From: Geosiphon pyriformis uo1
Taxonomy: Eukaryota > Fungi > Glomeromycota
Length of the DNA: 64,000 nucleotides
NCBI GenBank assembly: GCA_016748015.1
Contig: JAAOMT010000400.1
Span: 578,113-642,112 of the forward strand
Direction of reading: 5' to 3'
Shown here: positions 13,721-24,190 of the stretch, piece after piece
How the letters are laid out: each line of letters starts with the position of its first letter
Position numbering within the stretch: the first letter of the stretch is position 1
Notes under the pieces: generated by a model
What the model was told of the DNA's origin: nothing
Databases searched by the model: none
Seen by the model: the letters and a program-made list of their open reading frames with translations, nothing else
Made by a program: the position numbers and the translations under genes

Positions 13721-15742
13721 GTGGTTGTGGTTGATACATTACCTGTGGCTGTTGCTGATAAATTGAGACCATTGGTTGATAACTTGAAGCTTAATATACT
13801 GGTGGTTAATAAATTAATTATTGCATCATTGACAGATAAGTAGTTTAATATTGTGTTGAGTTTGATTAATGATTTGGAGTTGAGAACCAGTGATTAGGGT
13901 TTCAATATTGATTTTCCGATCATTGGTTATTTAAATGCTGACAGCAGTTGATTTGAATATGTTCTTGTTTACCACAATAGTGGCAGATACGCGTTTTCTG
14001 TTGCTACTGTTGATTGGTTGATGAAAATGGACATGGTTAATTTTGGGCACAATTAGAGATTTCTTGATTATTGCATTATTGTGGAGGCTAATAAATGGCA
14101 TAATTGTCAGTTAAGTATCCTTCCAATCTCTTATTAATTGATTTACTGAACTTCTTCAATTTGGAATCCAATTCAGATAATCTATTTATTACTAGATTAA
14201 TGGCTTGGGCGTGGTTAGCCTCTGACTCAGCAGATTCAAAATCTTTGGCACGTGTAACTGCGTCTTGAAGTGTGCCTGAGTGCAACAGCCATACATGTTG
14301 CAAGATGCTGCTGCACAGACCACGGATAAACTGATTGAGAATCTGTGGTGCTGTGAAGTAGTTAGTGTTAATTGCTTGAATTTGGTGCAAATTTTGATGG
14401 AAGCATTTCAGGTAAGTAGTGACTGTTTTAGTTTCTCCTTGTTTCATGGTGGTGAACATATTAACTAGGCAATTGATGCTGTTATTGTTGCTGAAGTATC
14501 TTAGGAATTTCACTTTGAAGGCATCGAAATCTTGTGGTTTATTAATCAAACTCTGGTACCATAAATCAGCGGTATCCTTGAGAAAGTAGAGAATGGCTTG
14601 CATTGCTCAGGCGTTATTCCATCTGTTGGCTGCAATGGCCTTTTCTACATCATTCAGCCATACTTGAGCATTATCCTCTTCACCAGTAAAGTTGTCAAGT
14701 TTTGCGATTGGTGCGTAGGCCATTGGATCTAAGTTAGGTGGTTGTGGTGGCTATTGAAACAGTTATTGTTGTACTGGTTGTTGGGGTGGTAGTTGAAGTG
14801 GCTGTTGTATGAGTTTGGCTATGGGATTAATTGGCGGTTAATTGATGACAATTACTGGAGATAAGTTTTGTTGATTAATTAATTCGGGGTTTGGATTGTT
14901 CTGCCTTTGATGATTCGGAGTTTTGATTTCCGAAATTTTTAGATTTAGATTTTGCTGAGCTTGAAAATTTGGGGTTTCAACTTTCAGGTTTTTAGTGATT
15001 GGGTGCTGGTAAGTAAATTCTTGGTCTTCTGATTTTTTTTCTTCTTCCTCAGATAGTTCCCACAGGGTAGTGATTCCAAAGTCCAGTTGAAACAGCAGTG
15101 ATCAAATTCCTGATGGCATTGGTGATCGCGATTTGAATCCTTCAAAGTATTTGCTGTATGGTCCTAATAATTCTGTTTTTTTTTGTCTACTTTGGAATGG
15201 GAATCGTCTAAATGTTGATGTCGCAGTTGATGGGAATGTGTCTGTTGATAATATGTTGATGGTGCTTCTAGGTGTATAGTGGTAGGATGGGTTGCTTGGG
15301 GATTCAATTCTGTTTTTCTTCCAAGTAGGTGGCTGTATTTTTCTGGGTGTTATTGCTGGTGTTTGTAGTTTTCCCTTGTCTTTACTAGTGTATGTAATTG
15401 GATATCTTTGTTGAGCATGGTGTTCAATTTCTTTGTTAATTTCAGTGATGATGGATGCAAAATTATGATTTGTTGGTAGGTTGGTGTTTTGAATTAATTC
15501 TCTATAGAAAATTTCTCTTGTTGATTCGGTATTCACTGGTGTTTTTAATAAAGAAAAAATCTTTTTGTTGACGTAAAAATTGAAGGCTGATTCAGCAGAT
15601 ATATGATTGTGGTTTAATCCCAAGTATTGACAATAGTATTGAAATAAAGATTTTGCGAATTCTAAATGGTTTGCTCTTATATTTTTTGATTCTGTCACTT
15701 TTGGATGGTGTTTGTTGGTGCTGGTTCTCTGTAAGATTATAT

Positions 15743-15758
15743 CTCACAGGGAGCACCA
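15743..15758 (-). promoter_or_regulatory. Primer binding site TGGTGCTCCCTGTGAG (possibly elongator tRNA-Met)
   Basis: Lies 2 nt from the 5' LTR end; its complement CTCACAGGGAGCACCA looks like a tRNA 3' end. Confidence 0.85.
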
Positions 15759-15760
15759 AA

Positions 15761-16640
15761 TATTACAGGTGATTATTTCTGCTGTTGAATTAAATAACAA
15801 TCCGTAACTTGGTGCTCAAAAGCTACTTCCATGGATGAGGTTCTACAAGTATTGTATCTGAAGGTTTTGATGGAGTCCTTTGTATAATGAACAGAGATTC
15901 AATAGTGTTGATAGTAGATGTATCTTTCCAAAAGTTTTCCCAATTTCTTTCTCAGCATGGTGGCCAGATTTAGTCTGGCAGTCATGTCCTTCTGGTAAGC
16001 TATCTGATAATATATAAAATCCTACCCTTATTTCTGGGTCTTTTACCAGGCTATCCTTAACGTCAATAACTCAGTGCTTACTCTTTTAATTAATTAGTAT
16101 ACAACAACAAAATCAAAGAAGTAAAGAAGATAAAATAAAGAAAATAAAATAAGAAAATAGAGAAAATAAGCCAAGACAATTTGGTATGTTAGTATCTTGT
16201 CAATAGCCATGATCAAAAGCTATTGTTCTAGCATGGTTAAGTATCAATTACTATCAACACTTTATATTGATAGTAAAGAGTGAGTTGAGATATGAAATAA
16301 TTCTTTATTTGATGATTTTGTCTCTAGGCTAAGGATTCTGTAGTATCAATTCTGTCTTTTCTGTTTCTATTACTACTGCTATATATACATATTTGAGATT
16401 TTCCAATTCCTCAATTCTTCATGACGGAAATCCTGGGATTTCTGGAATCCTGCAATTCCTGATGAGAGGAATCTTGGAATTCTGGAATTCTGCAATTTCT
16501 TGTCAGGGAATCTTGAAATTCCTGGAATTCTGCAATTCCTCTAAGAGGAATTCTGGAATTCTACATTTACTACATCTACCTCCAATTGGCTAATATCTAT
16601 TGACTAATAATACTATATTTCCTATATTCTATGAGTAACA
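15761..16640 (-). repeat. LTR-B (5' LTR)
   Basis: Direct repeat of 5509-6388; followed by the PBS on the minus strand. Confidence 0.95.
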
Positions 16641-16644
16641 GTGG

Positions 16645-17465
16645 GTAGAAGCAAGAGCCACTTCAGATCAAACAGCAGTTTCTATTGCTAATTTCATTTA
16701 TGAAGATATCATTTGTCACCATGGCTGCTCCAAAGAACTTTTATCTGATAGAGGAAGAGCTTTTCTCAGTACACTGGTTGAAGAACTTGTAGAAAAATGG
16801 AAATACGTCACAAACTTTCCTCTTCTTATTACCCTTAAACAAATGATCTAGTAGAATGTTTCAATAGAACACTGTGTAAAACCTTAGCCAAAACAAGTAA
16901 AAAAACAAACTTATGGGACAAAGTACTGTCTTTAGCTTTGTTTGCTTATAGAACTGTGAATCATGACATAACAAGTTATGAACTCTTTTATCTGTTCTAT
17001 AGACAAATGGCAACACTACCAATAGAAACTGATATTGAGACAATACCATTTGAAGAAATTACAATAGAGAATTACAAAAACATTTTGCAAAGAAGACTTG
17101 GTACCATTTTTGACTCATTAGTAAAAGCACAAATAGTTGCTTTTGAAAAGATAAAACAGTTTCAAGAAAAGCTTAAAAAGAAGAAAACCTATAAAACACT
17201 TTCTTTAAGTATTGGTGACTTGGTATTAGAATACCGTTTAGACAGAAACAATATTTATAATGATAAATTCTCTAGCCAGTGGAAAAAACCCTTTATAGTT
17301 AACAAAGTTTTGAACAATAGTTCTTATATTCTTCAAGATCAATCTGGAACAATCTTTAATGATCGACCTGTTCATGGCATGCGACTCAAAAAATACCACA
17401 AATGACCTGATTAGTTGCCTGTTGTGGTAATACTGACTCAAATGATCAACAAAAATCAAGTATAA
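16645..17465 (+). pseudogene. pol: Family C pol, 3' part (integrase core and GPY/F region, no chromodomain)
   Basis: VEARAT...LSDRGRAF...FAYRTV...WKKPFIV...HGMRLKKYH; matches 53730-54551. Confidence 0.9.
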
Positions 17466-17506
17466 ATAAACACATCATTTCCAAAACAGAGGTATCTTCA
17501 ATTAAC

Positions 17507-18123
17507 ATGAACAATTATTTTCTGGATCAAAACATTCAAAATGCTTTCTATACTCTTCATGAGTATTGGATTAAAAACTATCCAAATGCTATTCTAACCA
17601 TTGGAAAACAAACTACAATAACTGACAACAGTGGAACACATACTATTATCAGACCAAAGAAAACAACTACCAGAAAAAAAAGAATTAGTAGCAAAATGGA
17701 TAAGTATTTGCTGGAAAGTATAACAGCAGCAATACTTGTACCTTCTATCACAATTAGAAAAACAATTAAAGAAATCTTGTCCATAGACAAAAACTTGTCA
17801 TATAAAAGACAACTAGAACTCTATGGTTGCCTTGGTGAAATCATAGAAAACATAAAACTCATAAAGAAAACAACTTTTGAGATACAAGTGAAAATTTTGG
17901 ACATTGTATGATTAGATGTTCCAAGAGTTTTAACCATTGCAAGAAAAGCCAAAACTTTAATACAAAAATTTGGTTTCTTGGATACAAAACTCATTTCACC
18001 TCAAGTATTATACACCCTATCTACAAAAGACTTCAATAAATTAGTTAGCTTTGAATTAGATAAAACTCTTCAAATAGATTACATTATAAATAGCTTGATT
18101 TTGCTGGAGCTCAATCTCTTTAG
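17507..18123 (+). pseudogene. Family C ORF3, function unknown
   Basis: ORFs 17507-17911 and 17978 onward; homologous to 54593-55210. Confidence 0.75.
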
Positions 18124-18132
18124 AGAGGATGA

Positions 18133-18820
18133 TGTTATGATTGAAACTTATACTTCTTATTAATTATTACATGTATTAGCCATTGATGTCATATGATTAG
18201 CCACACTATTTTAGAAAGTGATTGTTGACTTGATCAATGACCTGATGATTGACTTGATTATTGACCTAGTTGTTAACCTGATCATTGACCACTTTTGACA
18301 GCTATATAAGCAATGAATCTCTTAGCTATAGAAAAGTATGTAATAACAAGCATCTGAATAATTAAAAATAAATAAAATAACAACTTTCATCTTAATTCTT
18401 CTCTTATCACTAATTTCTCTTTTCCTATCTTCAAGTATCTAAACATCTTAAAGATAAAAAATTACTTGTTGGCCTTTTTCTAATGTATATAATTGTAGCA
18501 TTTGAAGATTATTTGAATAAATGTAACTGAAAAGCACAAGTTGATACCTGATATTGAATTCGAAAAGCACTGACATGAGACATAGAATTATACCAGTGGT
18601 GATCAATTGTTGATAGTACGGACTATTTCTCTACCTTCAGATTCCCCAGTTACCTTTGAAAAGAATAGTGACTGAGATATTTTATGAGACTGATCTTGTA
18701 CATTAAATCTATACTCATTCAATTCACTCTTTAAAGTTGAATTCCCCTTTGATTATTTCCATCATTTTACAATTCTGTTCTCCCTTGCTATTCATTAGCT
18801 TGTTACTCCAACCCATAACA
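18133..18820 (+). repeat. LTR-C (3' LTR of copy 1)
   Basis: TGTTATG...CATAACA; homologous to 48241-48895 and 55219-55861; GATCATTGACCT-type 12-bp repeats; TATA-like GCTATATAAGC. Confidence 0.93.
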
Positions 18821-21800
18821 ATGTTTTTTTTTCTTCTGCTATAATGAGAACACTCTTTAAATATGTATTAAATATGGGCTTGTATGCTATAATATGCAAG
18901 AAATTTGTGTTCAAGGATTGGTATAAGAAAGCAGTAACAATTTTTGAATCTCAAAAAGAGGCATTGGCAGTTGTTGTTACATATGTAAAATAGTTTGTGA
19001 AGTAACATCATTTATTGATTTGGCTTAATAGAATTAAGCTTAAAGCTAAGATAAAAAAAATTGGTCTGGTGAGTGATAATGGAATGGTATATGATGCAGT
19101 AGATGGTTTGACAGCTAAATTGTCAAATAGTATAGTCTAACTTTTTGGTATTACTAAGTTTTTTACTATTAGTTTTGGTAAGTATAAGCTGTACTTTTTT
19201 TTTTAGGTTTAAATAATAGTATTAGTATTGTTGTGAGTGTATAGTGTTGTTTTTTCTGGCCCAAGTGGCTGGTTACATATAATCAGTATATAAGTCATAT
19301 TTAGTTGAAGTCATTTAGTTTGACTCTGTATATTAGATAGTAATTAGGCTTCACTTATTAAATATATAATAATAAAAAAATTAACTAATTTAACTAATTT
19401 TTTTAAATGTTTAAAGTTTTAATAATAAATATTATTATTTTATATAAAATATTATTTTGTTTGGTTTATAATAAATATTATAATTATAATTAACCAAAAA
19501 TTCAATATATTTAAATTATTTATTATTAAGTTTTTTTTATCTTTAAGCTATTTAAGTTTAATATTGTCAATATAATATTTAATTTTTATTTAAAAAATAT
19601 TTTTAAAAATATTTTAAAATTTAAATTATTGCTGTTGTTTTTAATTTTATTAATAAAAATTTAGTTTAGTAAATTTAAAAGTTTTGTTAACATAAATAAT
19701 TACTATTTTATTACAATTAAAATAAAATAAAATAATACTAAATATTGTATGAAATATATTTTTATAACTAATATAAATTTTTTGTTAAAATTAGAATTAT
19801 AGTTAATTTTATTTTTAGAGTATTAAAAAATTTTTATTATTTTAATGTTTATTAGTATTTTATATTTTTGTAAAACAAATAGTTAAATAATTAAATAAAT
19901 TTTAATAAATTTTTCTTAATTTTATTGTGTTTTAAAAAATTTGAATTATTATACTTTAATATTTCTTTAAAATTAGATTTAATTATATTTTTGTTAATAA
20001 TTTGGCCATAAAATATTAAAAAAAATTTAATATTTGATTTCAATTTTGTTTTTTGTAATTATTAAAAAACTTTTTGCAGATAAATTAAATAAACTTTAAA
20101 AATTGGTAAACCAAATTATTTAATTTTTTTTAATTGTATTGTTTATAAAATTTTTATTTTAATTATTTAAATAGATAATTAAACTTGTTTTATTTTCTAA
20201 TTTTTTAAATTTAATTATTAAAAAAAAATTGTTATTGTTATTTTTAACTTTAAAAAAGTTTTTAATTCTTTTATAATTAAAATTAATATTTGAAAAAAAG
20301 TTATATTTAATAAAAATTATTATATGTATTAAAATTTAATATTTGGACTAAAGTTAAAGATTATTTAGGTATTTCAAATAATAAAAATGCTGATAAACTA
20401 GCTGATATAGTATTGTATTTGGGTTTAGTGTTTTTTGTTCTTATTAATAAAAGATATATTAGAACAAATAGAAAAGCAGTATTCAAAAATGCTTATTATT
20501 TTACTTAAGATGTTTTTAGAACTATTTATTGTGTTTACTAAAAAGTTGGACCTAAATCTGATATTATTAATAAAAACATGATTAAAAATATCGATTGAAT
20601 TTGAACATTATTAGTTTAGTATTCTGATTTACATATAACATATGGCTTTATAAGCAAACCTACTGCTGATTTGTATTCATATTTTATAAAAGCTTTGCAT
20701 TATTGATTGCTTGTTGCTGTTTGTAAATATTTGTATGATAAAAAATACTTTAGTGTATTGTGTCTTTATTGTGAAGAAGTAGAATTTTCTGATCACTTTT
20801 TTATGTACAAAATAGATTCTTGGTTTGTATTTGATTCAATAAAGTTACTTATTAGGTTTGGGCTTATTATTATCTTGTGTTTTACAGATGCTTTTTTTGT
20901 ATATATTTAATAATATTGTCTATACTGCTTTATATAAGGATTTTGTGTTTAAAAAATAGTTTTTGAAAACTGTATTTGTTTTTGGTTGTACTAAGACTGT
21001 GAGCAAAAAAATTATTGATTTTGTGTAAAGCTTGAGAATGGTCTATTGTACTAAAATATGATTGATAAGATTTAAATATAGAGTGATTATAAAAAAAAGA
21101 GATTTAATTACATGTAATAGTTTGGTATCTTTGGTGATTTGTGGTTTCTTTTTTTTGCTTTTTGATAACATAGTTAAGTTGCTTGGAATTACAAAGGCTC
21201 ATAGTATAAATTTTGGTTCTTATAAGCTTTACAATTTTTTTTTAAGTATAGAATGTATAGTTTCTGTTATAATAGATTTATAGTATTGCTTTGATTGGCT
21301 TAAGTGACTGATTATATGTAAAAAGTACATGATTTGTGTCTAGTTTAAATTACTTAGTCTGGTTTTTTATATTAAATAGTGTTTAAGTCTTATTTATTAA
21401 CTATTAATAATAATATATTTAAATTTAAATTGGTTTTTTTAAAAATTAAATTATTAAAGTTAATTAATTGGTAAAATATGTAATTAATTTTGTTAATACT
21501 TTAATAACTTGAATTTTTTTTATTAATAATAAATTTTTTTTGTAATAAAATAAAATATATTGTTTTTTTTATATATTTAAAATTGAAATTTTGGTTAAAA
21601 TTTTGGTTTTTTATAAAACAATTTTGCTAGTTAAAAAAAAATTTTGGTAATTTTTAAATAATAAAATAAACAAAATTTAATTTTTTTATTAAATAATAAT
21701 TTATTAACTTATTTAATGTTTTTTTTTAAGTTTTAAATTTATAATATGTAAATTATAAAAAAAACTAAAACTTAATTAAATAATTTTATTAAAAAAAATA

Positions 21801-24190
21801 CAAATTTAAATTATATAATTGGTAAAATATATGCTAAAAATTTGGATATAATATTTAATAAAATTATATTTAATTAATATAATAAAATTAAGTTTTATAA
21901 TTGGCTGTTTGATGCTAATATAATTTGTTTTTTATTTATATTAATAATTTTTTAAGCAATTTAAATACAACTAATATAAGAACTAATATTATAGTATTTT
22001 TTAAAAATTTGAATATAAATATAAATATCAAATTATTTAGTTTGGTTTTTTTACAATAATTAAATTGCAGACTATTATATTAACTTTGAAATGTGTTTTT
22101 TTTTGTATAGGTAAAATAAAATCTAATAGCTAAACAGTTTTAAATATATATTCTTTAAATTTAATTATAATTTTATTAAACTTTTATAATTATTGTTGAA
22201 TTAAATAGTAGGATATTGCAAATATTATCAAAAAAAACTACATATTAATTGATATAAAATCAAAGAACATTTTAGTAGTTTAAACAATAAAAAAACTAAT
22301 ATTCTGATTAATATTATTTTTTTCTTAAATATAATGCTTTTAATCTACTTTAAAAAAAAATTATTAAGATTAATAATTCAGTTGTGTTAAAAAATACAAG
22401 ATATTTTGTTTGTAAAGTTTTTTAAGCAGCTTATTATATTTATTAAAAGATTAGATCTGATATTAAATTTTAGATAATAGTTTAATTAGAAATATTAACT
22501 GAATTTAGTTATTACTAATTTAATATCTTAGTTTTTACATAACAACTAGTTTATAAACAAAGTTATAGCTAATATATGTTTTTATTTTATAAAAATTTTA
22601 TATTATCAACTGCTTATAATTGTTTATAAACATTTATATAATAGATATTATTATAATATATTGTATTTTTATTGTAATAAAATTGAGTTTTGAATTATTT
22701 TTTATGTAAGATAAATATTAAGACTTATAAAAGCCTACTAAATTTACATACAGCCATTTAAAAAGCTATATTTAATTTATACAAAATATTATTATATGTA
22801 TTTTACTTGTTTTTATTGTATTTTTTTAATATTATTATGTATATTGTTTTGTATAAAAATTTTGTCTTTAAAAACTAGTTCTAAAAATTTTTGTCTGTTT
22901 TTAAAAATATTAAGATTGCTAACAATAAGATCATAAATTTTGTGTATAATTTTAGATTAATACATAAAGATGATATTTGACTTATTTGTTTTAAACACCA
23001 AAATTTTATAGAATAAGATAATATTTGTAGTTATTGTTGGTTTTTTATTTGTACTGTTTAATAATATAGGTTAAGCTGTTTGAAATTACTAAGATTTTTA
23101 AAATTAGTTTTGATACATATAAGTTATATTTGTTTTTCTTAAATATAAAAAATATAATTTTTGTGTATATAAATACATAGTATTATTTTGATTAATCTAA
23201 GTATTTAGTTATATATAGAAAATATATAATCTGATAAAAACAATTATTATATATTTTTATAAGTTTTAATATTATTATTACTTAAAAGTTTTTTAACTAT
23301 ATAAATAATTAAACAATATTTATTAAATTATATTTTTTAAATAATATAAACATAAAATAGCTTTTAATTATTAAATAATATTAATTTTATTTTTGGTTGA
23401 AATTTTTTTTCAAATTTTTTTAAATAACTTATTAAAAGTTTTATAATTTTTAATTACAAACTAATAGTTAAACTACTATTTTTTAATTGTTTTTTTTATA
23501 ATTACTTAAATAATTAAAAAAATAAAAATAACAAAAAAGCATTTTTTTTTTTAATAAAACTTAATATTTATTTTTTTAAAATATCAAAAAATAATATTTT
23601 TACCAATTATAATAATTATAATACTTAATTTTAAACAATAAACTTTTTTATCTTAATTTTAAATTTGGATTTTTTAATATAATTAACTTTAATTAATTTT
23701 TTATAATTAACTTATTAAATTTTATTAATTTAATTTAATTTTTTAAATTAATTAAAAAAAAGCATTTTTTGGTTTTTTAATATCATTAATATTAGTATAA
23801 ACAATTATTAATTGGCAAAAAAATTTTAAATATATTATTGTAAAAATTAAAATAATATATGTTAAAACTATGCTTTAATTTTTATTTGTTTTATTAATAT
23901 AGAGTTAATTACAAAAAACAATATTAGGCTTTTTTGTATAAAGTTAAATTTTAAGTTTTTTTAAATGTTATTTTAAAATTAAAATTGTTAAATTTATTTT
24001 TATATTTATTATTATACCTTTATAATATTTTTATTAAATTAAAATATATTAAAATAGATAATATATTATTGTTTATTTCAAATTTATAAAACTACTAAAA
24101 ACTGCTTTTTTTTAATTGATTTTAATAAAAAAATAATATTTAAATTCTTTTTTGTGTTAAATCAAAAAGAAATAATTAATTTATATGCTA
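18821..24190 (+). mobile_element. Cluster of at least three hypermutated LINE 3' fragments within very AT-rich ghost sequence
   Basis: Residual RNase H/CCHC coding traces (e.g. 20707-20910 LCLYCEEVEFSDHFF); degraded copies of the LINE 3' UTR near 19240, 21280 and 23175. Confidence 0.75.

Larger units (their letters stand above)
7085..15698 (-). pseudogene. gag-pol: Family B gag-pol polyprotein (single frame, degraded; interrupted by solo LTR-A)
   Basis: Gag capsid (14088-14603), CCHC knuckle near 13950, protease LILDSGSAGS (~12250), dUTPase, RT (8728-9630: LDLDSSYWQV, VMPFGLTNAPATFQR), RNase H, integrase (VGIDL, DYLTKWPEA, PQTNGLVERFN, WDGPF). Confidence 0.92.
5509..16640 (-). mobile_element. 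Ty3/Gypsy family B full-length element (dUTPase-bearing), with perfect 4-bp TSD GTGG
   Basis: Two 880-bp LTRs (5509-6388, 15761-16640); GTGG at 5505-5508 and 16641-16644; PBS 15743-15758; PPT 6389-6403; order gag-PR-dUTPase-RT-RH-IN-ORF3. Confidence 0.95.
2704..18820 (+). mobile_element. Ty3/Gypsy family C copy 1 (PR-RT-RH-IN-ORF3-3' LTR), interrupted by the family B element at 5509-16640
   Basis: Colinear with copy 2 from ~50902 to 55861; integrase DYLTKW|VEA is split by the B insertion; PPT AGAGAGGATGA at 18122-18132 precedes the LTR. Confidence 0.92.

Noticed and set aside
19360-24180. Mitochondrial insertion or endobacterial DNA as the source of the AT-rich tracts; small Ile/Lys/Phe/Asn-rich ORFs (29834, 59138, 59161)
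   Set aside because: The tracts retain LINE or Gypsy colinearity and show no rRNA, tRNA or respiratory gene traces; the ORFs are compositional artefacts or TE ghosts.
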